A stretch of DNA of 64,000 nt from Eledone cirrhosa (taxonomy: Eukaryota): NCBI GenBank assembly GCA_964016885.1, contig OZ024747.1:42780001-42844000 (forward strand), given 5' to 3'. The notes under the pieces are model-generated. The model saw only the letters and a program-made list of their open reading frames with translations, ran no database searches and was not told where the DNA came from. Below, one piece after another: positions 45,206-56,800 of the stretch. A program made the translations under genes and the position numbers. The stretch's first letter is position 1. Each line of letters begins with the position of its first letter.

Positions 45206-45546
45206 CATCATCATCATCATCATCATCATTTTACATCTGCTTTTCCCTGCTTGCAAGGGTGGGACGGGAACTGATTCTGGCTTGATTTCTACAGCTGGAT
45301 GCCCTTCCTAACACCAACCTTATTTACAGTGAGTGCTGGGTGCTTTTTTTTGCCATGGTACCTCCACTACCACTTTACAGTGGAATGATAGGGACCCCAG
45401 TCCTATCATCTCATTTCTACAGCTGAGTAAACTGGAGCAATGTGAAATAAAGTGTCTTGCTCAAGGAAACAACACATCACTCAGTCTGAGAATTGAACTC
45501 ACAACCTTTCGATTGCAATCCCAATGATCTAGCTACTAAGCTATGT
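45206..45546 (-). mobile_element. Second copy of the tRNA-derived, RTE-tailed SINE
   Basis: Reverse complement aligns along nearly its whole length with 39086-39424. (CAT)n tail at 45206. Confidence 0.88.
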
Positions 45547-45652
45547 ATGTATATATCTAGTATTATTATTTATTAATTTTTCTAGAACCTTCCTGCATCT
45601 CGCTCGCAAACTTTGTAAACACTTTGCTCCTTCTCTCATACGCCCCTCCCAA

Positions 45653-46374
45653 AGGAACAAAGCATGCATGCTCCGTTGGATGTGTAATAGTAATAAACGT
45701 GAACGGCAAAGCATAAATGAACTAAGTGAGAAATTAGGAATAAGAGGGATCAGATGCTGTTTACTTAAGAGAAGACTATGTTGGTATGGTCACGTGATGG
45801 CCATGGTCACGACAGCCGTATAAAAAAGTGCAGGGCGATCAAAATTGATGGTAGTTACAGAGTAGGTAGACCCAGAAAAACCTGGGACGATCTGATAAAT
45901 TCCGACCTTACACCTCTTTAAGACAATGTCACTGGACCGAGATCTTTGGCGCTACGCAGTAATACAGAAGACCCGCCTTGCCTATGTACAAAGCGAAACC
46001 TAGTCAGTAGGCACCTCTTAACCAAATATACACCACAATCCTATCCTCCCACTCCCACCAACACCACCCTCTCTCTGTCAAGTTGGTACCACAACATCCA
46101 GTTCAAACAAATGAGATAATGAGATCGAGATCGTGTAGGTGTCACGATAAAAAAAACACACGGTCCACGCTGTAATGTGGCCGTGTAGGTAAAAAGTTCC
46201 CAGTTCCACACTGTAAATGTGGTTGGTGTTAGGAAGGGCATCCACCCGTAGAAAACCTGCCAGATAGTCCTATATGAGCGAGACACTGTCACCCAACCAA
46301 CCTTGCCTCAAATGGGATAACTCCCGTCTAACCCATGCTAGCGTAGAAGATGGACGTTAAACGAAGATGATGAT
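45653..46374 (+). mobile_element. 3' fragment of the same RTE LINE family
   Basis: Aligns by eye with 41220-41952 (ORF end plus 3' UTR and GAT tail) and carries indels. Confidence 0.9.
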
Positions 46375-46436
46375 ACACACACACACACACACTCGCGCGC
46401 ATAATTTATTTATACATATGTAATATTTATACACAA

Positions 46437-46481
<45 letters not shown>

Positions 46482-46484
<3 letters not shown>

Positions 46485-46862
46485 TCATCAATCATCAATT
46501 AACGTCTATCTTCCATGCTAACATGAGTTAGACGGGTTTGTCCTATTTAGAGGCAAGTTGGGTCGGGTGACCATCTCGCTCATATAGGAGAGTTTCTGGC
46601 TGGTTTTCTATGGCTGGATGTCCTTCCTAACGCCAACCACATTGACAGTGTGTGCTGGGTGCTTTTTGTTGTGTCACCTACACAACCACTTTACAGTGTG
46701 GACTGGGTACTTTTGTCATGGGACTAGGGGGGGGGGAGGAACTTGTGGAAAAATGTGAACAGGATAGTAGGGGAGGTGTGGATATTGCTAAGGGAGGTGA
46801 ATGAGAGGGGGTAGAAGGTTGAGGAAGGTGCTGCCTACTAGGTATAAGCCTCATCCTGTATA
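46482..46862 (-). mobile_element. RTE LINE 3' UTR fragment, tail-to-tail with the previous copy
   Basis: (CAT)n, TTAACGTC and GCTGGATGTCCTTCCTAACGCCAACCAC are the reverse complement of the LINE 3' UTR. Confidence 0.8.
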
Positions 46863-46917
46863 GAATTTGGCAAAGCCGGCCATTTATCGCTCGTATACAG
46901 GAAACTGACTGGCCAAT

Positions 46918-47014
46918 CTGCTGATATGCAAATCTGGCTGATCAGTGGATCTGCTAATATGCAGATCTGACTGATCAGCCAGTCTGCTAATATGCAAATC
47001 AGGCCGATCAGTCA
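46918..47014 (+). repeat. Three 33-bp tandem repeats carrying the octamer ATGCAAAT
   Basis: Units at 46918, 46951 and 46984. Perfect ATGCAAAT at 46926-46933 and 46992-46999, with ATGCAGAT in the middle unit. Confidence 0.85.
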
Positions 47015-47058
47015 CTGTGTATTTTTGAAAATAGCATATATTTTCACTAGCTCTGACA

Positions 47059-47140
47059 GTTGGCAGGTGAACAGTGAGCTGTACTGATGAAGGGTGATAC
47101 CCAGAAACATTAGTGTCTGCAGTTCTGTTCGCATGCCAAC
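47059..47140 (+). ncRNA. Type I hammerhead ribozyme motif; predicted cleavage after GUC at 47117
   Basis: CTGATGA (47084-47090), stem II GGGT/ACCC, GAAA (47104-47107), short stem III, GTC triplet, and a long stem I (GAGCTGTA/TGCAGTTC, GTGAACA/TGTTCGC, GTTGGCA/TGCCAAC). The first pair of stem II is a non-canonical A.A. Confidence 0.78.
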
Positions 47141-47399
47141 ACAAGAGCAAGAATGAAGTGTTCATTCTGCTGACATGGCTATAAAATTAAGGCTTGTTTG
47201 CAAAATTGCAAATGGATTGAATGTTATTATTAATATTCAAAAAGCTCAGATTACATTTATTGTATTCAGCCATGTAGAGCGAAATTTTCTTTTTTATATA
47301 TATATATATATATTATACACACAGACACACATTCAGGCCAATGAATAGGTTCTATGTAGCTGCTGAACCTCATAAAAATAGCAGTGAAACCTCCCTTAA

Positions 47400-47617
47400 C
47401 CTTTAGCATTTACATTATTCTATATATACTATTATATTTTCATGGTAAAGGCTTTACCTATTTAATTACTCACATAATATTGAATCTATAAGAGTTTGAT
47501 ATTATTTATTTTGAGAACAATACCTTAACATCAGTATGAGCAGCTGGTTACAGCCAGTTTGAACAGAAAGTGGTGAGAGAATTCTGGCTGAACACGGCCG
47601 GTTTAAATCCTAAAGGA
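47400..47617 (+). mobile_element. piggyBac-type MITE, copy 3, nested in an older repeat
   Basis: TTAA on both sides (47396-47399, 47618-47621). The flanks rejoin into a repeat also seen at ~37600-37700. Confidence 0.85.
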
Positions 47618-48067
47618 TTAAATCACATCCTATTATTCTAAATAAACAAAGGACATTATTCTTTAGGACATAAATGTCATGCATGTAGGTGAAATGATAT
47701 ATGAATTTCCCAGTGTGCAGTCTCAATTTTATTTTAAGTTATTCATAGAATTCATTTAGCTGTGGACATTTTAGTGTCTGGTCATAAATATAAGAGAAAA
47801 TTATGTAATTATCTGCAAGGGATTAGTATTTTATTCAAGGAAACAATTACTATATTTTCATCTACTTAATACTAGAGTAGATGAAATTATAGAGCAGACC
47901 ACCTGTATGTTAGTACGGTGCCTCTACAACACCATTAGGAGTTAAAGGTTAAGAAGAATACGTATATTAGAGAAGACAGAATTATAGCCAAGACTAGTTA
48001 TCCCATACCAGTTGATGATGTGGTGATGGACTGGAGAAAAGAAGCAAGTCAAAACATAAGTGACCAA

Positions 48068-48430
48068 TCATCATCATCATTTAACATCCACTTTTCATAG
48101 TGGCATGGTTTGGATGGGCTGTTGCTGTCCAAGAAGAGACAGGTTGGAGTAGCCTGTCTTGCTCAAATGTTCCATAGTTGGCATAGATTCTATGGTTGGA
48201 TGCTCTTCCTTACATCAATCAACTCACAGAGTGTACTGGATGTGCATTTTCGTGTCACCTCAAATAGCAATTTACAGACTGTTTTGTTGTTTTTTTATTT
48301 ATTTATTTTGTTGCACTAACACTTTACAAGGTATACAGGGTACATTTTTTCATGGCGTCAGCACTAACACTTTACAGGGTGTACTTGGTGCATTTTATCA
48401 TGGCACCAGCATGACAGAGTTTATCACATG
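48068..48430 (-). mobile_element. Degenerate RTE-tail-derived repeat with internally reiterated CACTTTACAG..GTAC..GG units
   Basis: (CAT)n-TTTAACATCC tail and GGATGCTCTTCCT motif. Similar remnants at ~37850-38100, ~52910-53180 and ~60060-60335 (+). Confidence 0.65.
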
Positions 48431-49899
48431 ATCATCCAGACAGAAGGGACCTTCAATTGCCAACACTGTCTCTACCCACATTTATTTTTTGTGTCACAGT
48501 GCTTTTACAAGTGGTTGGGTCTTTTGTATTATGGCATATTGTTTGTACCACTTTTGATACCAACCTGACTAAGACTAGTTCTATGATACATATTTAAATT
48601 AAAACCTTCCATCATAAATTTATCTAAGAAACTTTGTTTCAATCCAAGATAATAACACATTTTTCCTTGCCTTATTTCACCTATAATCACATTATCCAGT
48701 GTATCCTTCTTTTCTAAGACAGAAATGTCTAATTTCAGAGAATATAGCTACTAATACTAGCAGGTAAACTAACAGTGTCAACAACCAAGTTTACTAATTA
48801 TGTTAAACCCAAATGAACAATAAATGATTATGCTAATGCTGATATAAGATTTTCAGTTGTTTACTGAGCAAAGATTAACTTCAACCTATTATGTGTTCAC
48901 AGTCAATAAGCCCCAAGTGTTGTCTATAATAGACTTACTTAATGGTATTATAGAAGGAATGATACACACATTCATTAATTAATAACTAATTTGATGACTT
49001 TACAGCCAGAATATTTGCCTATCATCATCATCCTTTAACATCCGTCTTTCCTGCTATTATATAACATTTGAAAAATCAATACTTGAAATACATTAGATAG
49101 TTTTAAGATTTTCTTAAATTATTTTATCCATCGACTTAATATCTAATTGAAATATCTTCCTGAACTTTAAATTCAGACAAGTGAATATTAAGATATAATA
49201 TGATTATCTAAGAATAGCATTTGCTGTAAGCAATAATAGTTTTAGTCAGATATCTGCTAAGGTTAAACTATACTGACTCAGCAAAACTATATTGAGTAAA
49301 GTAATCATTTTTGAAAACTAAACTAAATAATTTATTTTCATTAAGCACCGAGCTACCATTTGTATAAACAGGTATGGTAAAGTAGATGGCCCTTAATTTC
49401 TGATGGAGTCATAGGTGTGCAGTCATGATGAATGGCAAGTCTTTAGCATTTTAAAACTGGTGGAGCTCTTCCCTCTCTAGGTTGAAACATATCTAATTTA
49501 TTCTAGAGAGAATCGACTCCATTACTGAACTGGTACTATAGTTATCAAACCTGCTGGAAAGGATATGATCGCCTTCCTGACGTTAGCTGATCTGAAGACA
49601 GAAGTTATAGGCAGTGATTTTCATTAGAAATCTACCAATGAAAGAATTAAATAACTATTATAAAATAAATAACTATAATTATAAGATATAATCAAGTTAT
49701 TTCATTTTTTAAAGAGAAATTGCTTAAGATAAGTCAGTATTAATTCAGTACATAGTCTGATTAAGAAAGCAGACAAAATGAATTAGTTATGCTTACTTAA
49801 AAAATAATTAGCTGCTTTAATCACCACCAATATTCTGTGCATAAATAACTAATTGTTTTGTTTTTTTTCTTTACCTTTTCAACACTAAAACTGAATATT

Positions 49900-50970
49900 C
49901 TCATTATCATTGTTTTATGTTCACTTTTCCATGTTTGCATGAGTTAGATGAGTTTTTGTTTTACAGCATCCATCTGCCTACCGCATTCCTTTATGAGCTT
50001 CAGCAATTTGGGGTCAGCTCTTACAATCTCAGCCCAAGTCTTCCTTGGCCTACTCCTACTGCAACTTCCTTTCACTAGGATTTCCTGGTGCTTCTTCACC
50101 TAACAATTATCCATATGTACCATATGTCTGTACCAGTGCAGTCTTCTTTTCCCCGCACATCTAATTTCTCTTATATTCAGCTTTTCTCTCAGCTCATCCA
50201 TGCTTCATCTGCCCACATTAACATTGCACATCCATCAAAACATGCCTGATCCACTTCTCTCCAGCCTTCACTGCCCATGTCTCACTACCATGTAACATTA
50301 CACATCCATCTGAGCATGCAGGCTTCATTTTTTTCCATTCTACGTAGATCCTCGGCTTGCAGTGGCCATGTTTTGCTTCCATGTACAGGCATCATACAGC
50401 CTACCTTTTATCTTAAATGAGAGACCTTCTGTAGCTAGCAATGGCAGTAGCTCCCTGAACCTTTTCCATCCTGTTCTTACTCTGGCAACAGTACTTACTG
50501 TGCATCCTCCACCACTGCTGATTTGGTTACCCAGGTAGCACAAGCTATCAAGTATTTCTATGGGGTCCTCTGTGCATTTAAAGAAGCTTGCTTCCTGAGG
50601 GTCTTTGCCTATTGCCACTGTACAGCATCCACATATGAAGTCTGCATTTTTGCTAGCCTGCCAGTTTTCCCACTACACATCCTGTGTACACACAGTTTGC
50701 ATTTGGAGCATCAGAGTGAGTTTCTACCTACTCCTTTCCTGCACACCGAGCAGGGCCATTTCTCCAAGGGAATCGGGGCTTTGTTTTCTTTTCGCCAAAT
50801 TGATTTTAAGGCTTTTTATTTCCAAGTTGTGTCTCCACATCTGAAATTTCTTCTCTAATTCTGCCATGGAATTGGCGAAGAGAGTCAAATATTTGTCATA
50901 CAGAAGTTCCTATGGGCAACCAGTTTTAAATTCCTGTGATAGCCTGTAGGACAATAGTAGAGAAAAGATG
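49900..50970 (-). mobile_element. Older, degraded RTE LINE copy (RT core to 3' tail)
   Basis: Minus-strand translation CYLGNQISSGGGCTVSTVARVRTGWKRFRELLPLLA...KGRLYDAC and KWPCSVCRKGVGRNSL match the young copy. Contains stops and frameshifts. Confidence 0.88.
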
Positions 50971-51116
50971 GTTTCTTTCTCAAGTTAGTACAGCCAAAAT
51001 ACTATATATCCTGACACGAGGAGAGGGCAGCAGGCTGTTTGGCTACAGAGAAGTGGGGAGGGTGGTGATGGTAAAGCACTTGTATGGGAGTTGAAGTGTG
51101 TGTGTGTGTGTGTGTG

Positions 51117-51158
<42 letters not shown>

Positions 51159-51938
51159 GTGTATATAATGCTGTGTATAATAAACTGGTGTCCTCTAATA
51201 TTTCATTACACAACACTATATACTGTAAGATTGTAGAAGGTAGTTAAGAAGAGAGAGATATACAATTCAAAGGAGAAATATTAACGAAAATTTGTTGTTT
51301 TCTTCTGTTTATATTTCTCTTGTTGAGAGTAAATCTTCATACTAAGAAATGTTTAACAAAAATACAAATAAAACTAATAATATTCAGACCATCCCCCCAT
51401 CACTACTGCAATGAAGTATGCCTTGACAATGTGGGAGAACACTTTCCAACATGCTAAAAATAAAAGAGAACATGACCAACAGGAATTCTATAAGAGGAGG
51501 GAGGTGAGACACAGATGGACAGGCAAGCAAGTAGACAGAGAGTGTGAGGAGAATGTAGAATTTCAGGAAGAGAATAAACATTAATAATGTAATAGAAGCA
51601 GGGAAGTAGGGCATAGGAAAGAAATAGTGAGAGAAAACAGAGTGAATTAGGAAATATTAAAGAGAAGACGAGTGAAAGAGAAAAGAGTTAAAGATGGAGA
51701 CTGGAAAGTGAGAAATGTTAAAGACTGGATAAGAGAAACCAGTGGAAACTTACAATTGAAGTCAATAAAGATAGAAATATTGATTGTAGTTCAAAATATA
51801 TAAATATCGATTGTAGTTCAAAACATATTTCAATATGAAATTGTCATTGACAAACTTAGATCAATATAAAGTAATAAATAAGTCAACAAAATGATTGTAT
51901 AATAGCAACAACAGCAAACTTCAAAATAAAGATATTTA

Positions 51939-52828
51939 CCATAAACACTCGAACATAAATCGACCCCTATTTTATATATGAAAAAAATGGACAAAAATCC
52001 AAACTCCATTTATAAGCCAAGATAGCTAGTTAGCACATTATGGTGCTGTTTAGAAATTCTAATGAGTGAAGAAAATATTTATGAAGTTTTAATATTTTGA
52101 TATTTAAAATATTTTAAGTGTCATTTAGAGTATAGTTTTTGTTTCACAAATCCACTACATAATGACTTTTTTAGCATTTCATCTGTTTTATAAAGTTTCT
52201 AGTTTCTCAAATTTTTGTTTACTCAAATGCTACTCAAATGCTGAAAGTATTTTGCTTTTTGCTTAAAGCAGACAATAGTGCCATCTCCCAAATGTAACAG
52301 ATTTTTATTTGATATACACATCAAATGAAATGTGTTCCATGAAAAACTTAGAAACAATTTAATGTCATACAAGTATTAAATCTTTAGGTAGATTTGTTTT
52401 TACAGCAAGTCAGAGAAAGGAGAGGCAGAGCAAGAAAAAGAGAGAGAGCAAAATAAAACAAAAGATTGAAAGAAAAATTATAATTATGTAAGACACAAAG
52501 AAAAACAGTTGACGCGCATGTGTTTATGTACATGTGTGCATTTATGTGTAGGGGATATTTGTGTGTTAAAAAGTTGAAATAATAACATTTTGTAGGAATT
52601 TCTCAAGGCAATTCATAAATAAAACTTATGATGATATAAGAAATGTAGAAAAACAGTGTTTCATTGTGAAATAATCACTCCAGATATTTTAGCACATTAT
52701 TTATGTAGAATTTGAAGTTGATGAAAATCGTCAAAATATTGACCCCGGAATATAAGTCGACCCCTCCCCCTCAATTTACCATTGATTTTTTGTCACATAT
52801 TCCTCGGCTTATATTCAAGTATATACAG
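51939..52828. mobile_element. Degenerate non-autonomous Tc1/pogo-like DNA transposon
   Basis: Left end TA|CCATAAACACTCGAACATAAATCGA versus right end TCGGCTTATATTCAAGTATATACAG|TA (about 19/27 inverted match). An internal copy of GAATATAAGTCGACCC is present. Confidence 0.55.
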
Positions 52829-53260
52829 TAGTCGACAAAGTGACTTCACATCAAATAATAACAACTATCAAAAACAACCAACAAACAAAAATATATATAG
52901 ACCTTTAATCATCACCATCATCACTTTATGTCCATCTTCCTAGTTAGCAAGGGTTGGATGAATCTTTACAGACCAAGTCAGTACTCAAGCAGAACTACTG
53001 ACTTCTCAAATGTGCTTGGGGGCCTACATCTCACATATGTTCCCACACTCTACTGAGTACATTTTACCATGGCACCAACACTAGAGTGGTTTTCATATCT
53101 TTGATACAGCTGAAGAGTTGCCCCCTGACTCTTTAGCAGATTTTATACAGCTGGATGCCCTTCCTATAACCAACCATTCTTTATGGAATAAAACACCACT
53201 ACAACTAGTTTTGTTTAGTTTTTCTTTGGTGGTGGTGTGTTCTATTATAATTAATTTTAA

Positions 53261-53463
53261 CCCTTCAGCATTTAAACTGGCCATATCTGGCCAGAATTCT
53301 CTCACCTCTTTCTGTTCAAACTGGCCGCTCATAGTGATATTAAAGTAGTGTTTTCAAAATAAATAATATCTTATAGATTCAATATTATGTGAGGAATTAA
53401 ATAGGTAAAGCCTTTACCATGAAAATATATTAGTAAATATAGAGTTATGTAAATACTAAAGGG
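53261..53463 (-). mobile_element. piggyBac-type MITE, copy 4
   Basis: TTAA|CCCTTCAGCATTTA...TAAATACTAAAGGG|TTAA. Confidence 0.88.
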
Positions 53464-53889
53464 TTAAATGTTTTAGTGTGTTCTAATCCCATTAAAACCA
53501 ACTTTGCCTTTCATTCTTCCTGGCTCGATAAAATAAATACGAGTTAGCTACTGGTGTTGATAAAATCGACTATTTCTCCTTCCACACAATTTCTGGCAAT
53601 GTGCTTGTTAGAAACAGTTATTTAGAGTAAAAGTACAAATGGACATTAAACCAATTTAATTCTTAACATCCTGTATTAGCAAGACATTTTTTAAATGTAC
53701 AAACCAAGGCTATGATGGCATCTCATTAAAAATTAAAGTGTTTACACTGATACTACAAATATTTGAATCAAAACACCTGCATCTGATGAATAATTACATA
53801 GCGTTAAAAGAAATTTTAAAACAATTTTAGTAACTGTATTGCTGAGTTGATAAACACTACTTTTGTTGTAATATTCTATGGATTCCAAT

Positions 53890-54093
53890 AGTGATAAATT
53901 GGCAGAATTGGTAGAGTATCAGATAAAATGCTATTGCAATATTTGTGCTGGCTCTTTACAGTCTGAGTTCAAATCCTGCCAAGATCAACTTTGCCTTTCA
54001 TGCTTCTGGAGTTGATAAAATAAAGTACTGAGGTTGATTGAATCAACTTTGCCCTTCCTCCAAATTTGCTAGCCTTGTGCCTAAATTATAAAT
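53890..54093 (+). mobile_element. tRNA-derived SINE with Nin/Deu-like central domain
   Basis: A-box TGGCAGAATTGG, B-box GAGTTCAAATCC, then CAACTTTGCCTTTCAT...GATAAAATAAAGTAC. A partial copy lies at ~53480-53615. Confidence 0.75.
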
Positions 54094-54737
54094 CAACATT
54101 TCATGGGTCCTAACAAGAGGAACAATAGAGAGGATAGACAGTAAGCAGTAAAAATATACATTTGTGTAGACAGGGAATTTTAAATGGCAGGATTTAAGAA
54201 CAAGGTAAAAAGAATATAAAGAGATACTAGTATAAATCCCATCCTCCAAGGAGGTTTTCCACTAGTGTGTGTGTGTGTGTATACGTGTGTGTGTACATGT
54301 GTGTGTATGTGTGTGTGTGTGTATACATATGTGTGTGTGTGTATACATATGTGTGTGTACGCGTGTGCGTGTGTTTCATAATATATCTATCAATATATAC
54401 AAATGTATAAAAAGGAAAACTATATTTTTGATGTGGAAATGATATGCACTTGCTCCAACATGTTTTGTTTTACGATTTATTTCATACATTTTTTTTCTCT
54501 AAAATAGTAAATCTCAACGATTAAGCAGGGATGTTTGCTTTCTTGAGATATCAAATACTTGCATAGTTCTTTATTAAAATATTTGTATTTATTTGAAACC
54601 TTCCATCATAATTTTATATAAGTACCTTTGTTATATTCCAAATCAGTTTAATAGTAATTTTTTCAAGTAGCATACTGGATTAGAGAGTAGCCTAAAACGA
54701 AAATGTTGCTAGTATATTAGAAAAAATTGTATGTATA

Positions 54738-54841
54738 TAGGGTGTCTCCAAAAAATGTATACACACAAATGTATACAAAATATGTATACACACTTCAACA
54801 GCATTCTAATAAATATATGTAAACATTTTTGGGACACCCTG
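54738..54841. mobile_element. Short Tc1/mariner-type MITE
   Basis: TA|TAGGGTGTCTCCAAAAAATGT...ACATTTTTGGGACACCCTG|TA inverted termini with TA flanks. Confidence 0.7.
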
Positions 54842-54975
54842 TATATTTCCTCTTAGCTTTACCATCAAAAGAAATATTTTCCACAACTTGGTTTTAGTGT
54901 CAATGATTTGAAAAAGACCTCAAAATATAGCTTGGTGTGGTATTAGGTCGAACAAATGTTTTTTAAGTGACCAAC

Positions 54976-55185
54976 TCAGCATTGCTGCCCCAGTGATGCC
55001 CAGAGAAGTAGGGGAACGTTCACTGGTGTATGGGAGCCCATGAGTAGGCAGAATTGAGAAACTCTTGCCTCAGAGAGATACGTTGGAATAGCCAACCCCA
55101 CCCCAATAGTAGTGAGTAGGGATGTGGTCCAGGGATCAAGAATGCCAGAAATTTCCATTGCTACAGGTTCAACCACAAACCTATA
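54976..55185 (-). pseudogene. Possible relic of a restriction-like endonuclease domain of a CRE-type non-LTR element
   Basis: FVVEPVAMEISGILDPWTTSLLTTIG resembles the FxPxAxETxGxxGP motif. GC-richer than the flanks and degraded. Confidence 0.4.
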
Positions 55186-55449
55186 TTGCTAAATCCTCCC
55201 AAATTCTTGAATATTTTCAAAATGAAATTAAAGTTGTAGACAGGGTCTTTTACTAGAAATATGGCAATGAAAGGGTTAATGGGTGAATAACTGTGTAGTT
55301 GGAACAACGTAAATAAAGGGGGTAAAATCATCATCTGGAATTGAAACAGTGCTGTCTCAACATGTTGGTGTCTTATCACTTGTTAAAAGGTTATTCACCA
55401 TTTAAAGCTAATATTAATTTGGTAAAATTAAATAGTAATCAAAGTTCTG

Positions 55450-55560
55450 TTTGTGCATGTGTGTATGTGAGCACATGAGTGTGTGTGTGCACATGTGAGT
55501 GCGTGTGTGTGTGTGTGTGCACACATGTGAGTGCGTGTGTGTGTGTGTGCACACATGTGA

Positions 55561-55590
<30 letters not shown>
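55450..55590. repeat. (GT)n-based minisatellite with ~30-bp GCACACATGTGAGTGC(GT)n units
   Basis: Direct reading. Confidence 0.85.
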
Positions 55591-55591
<1 letters not shown>

Positions 55592-56344
55592 GAAATGGTA
55601 CTTCCATTCTAGCTTTGATAAGTTAGATTTCTTTCTTTTTTTTTTCATAAAGACAAGAATTAAAGAAAGATTCGGTTAACTAAATACAATTAAATGTATT
55701 ATTACTATCTGAACAACCTTTGTCACTAAAACAACTAAGTGGCCAAAACCAATCACAGAAAATATTTAAAAGAAAAAAAAAGGAAAATAAAATATGAATA
55801 AATAAATGAATAAATAATGTAGAACAGCAACATTAAAAAAAGCTGAGTCAATCAGAAAACAATGAAATAATTTATTATATGCTTTCAGCAATGTAGCAGC
55901 AAAGGTTTTTAATATTTAATCAATTCCACTTTACTTTTAAATTGTGCTATCGAATTCTTTATTGCTCAATACCATTGAGGGCAATAGTTTTAATGTTAAG
56001 ATTATATTTTTAATGCACAATATTATATCTAAAATTTCTATTTAGAGAATAGAGTTTTGGGGGGGTTTTTTGAAGTGAGAATGCAGCAGAACAATTAGAA
56101 GATATCAATAATAATTTGAAGATAATTCCTAAGGAATTATAAACATATATATCTGTATTTCTGAGTTATTTACTGGAGTTGTGTAACAAACTATTAACCT
56201 TTCATTACCATATTTCTAATGAAATACACTGTATTTCTAATAGTTAATGATGAATTTGGAAATATTTATTAAAATTATTTATTATTTCATTATGTAGATG
56301 ATATAAGATCTTTTATCAAAACATATTGAAATATTTTAGTTTAG

Positions 56345-56530
56345 CCCTTTAGCATTTAAACCAGCCATATCCAGTCAGAATTCTCTTCTTTCTGTTCCAA
56401 CTGGCCTGAATTTAAGGTATTGTTCTGAAAATAAATAATATAATATCAAATCTCATAGATTCGATATTATGTGAGATAATTACCTTGAAAAATACAATAG
56501 TAAATATAGAGTAATGCAAATGCTAAAGGG
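56345..56530 (-). mobile_element. piggyBac-type MITE, copy 5 (internally deleted)
   Basis: TTAG|CCCTTTAGCATTTA...AAATGCTAAAGGG|TTAA. Confidence 0.85.
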
Positions 56531-56663
56531 TTAAAGAGGAACTCTTTAAAATGGGTGGTTTTGTTTCATAAAATCAGAAGTGGTTTGGGATGGGTTGGTA
56601 TCAAAAGGACTAAACTATAATTCTTTTGCAATTCCAATTACGATGTATTGGTCTTGTTGCTGG

Positions 56664-56800
56664 GTCCTCCTGTATAGCCAGTTCTGCGATGGAAGGAGAA
56701 ACATAGGAAGACTATGGCTGAGGTACAAGGACAAGATCAAAGATAACATGAAAGTGATAAAGATCCCTCTAGAAACATTTGAAAAAAAAATGCATGGAGT
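56664..56800 (+). pseudogene. C-terminal relic of a different RTE (BovB-like) LINE
   Basis: LLYSQFCDGRRNIGRLWLRYKDKIKDNMK fits the RTE C-terminal pattern LLYxxLxxGxRxxGRPxLRYKD. Confidence 0.65.

Noticed and set aside
49551-49591. Candidate minus-strand exon (TCTTCAG acceptor, GTTTGA donor)
   Set aside because: The donor is weak and overlaps a degenerate SINE remnant.
53784-53815. Other CTGATGA/CTGAAGA hammerhead-like cores (also near 37484, 38825 and 61911)
   Set aside because: No stem II plus GAAA plus cleavage triplet with a closing stem I.
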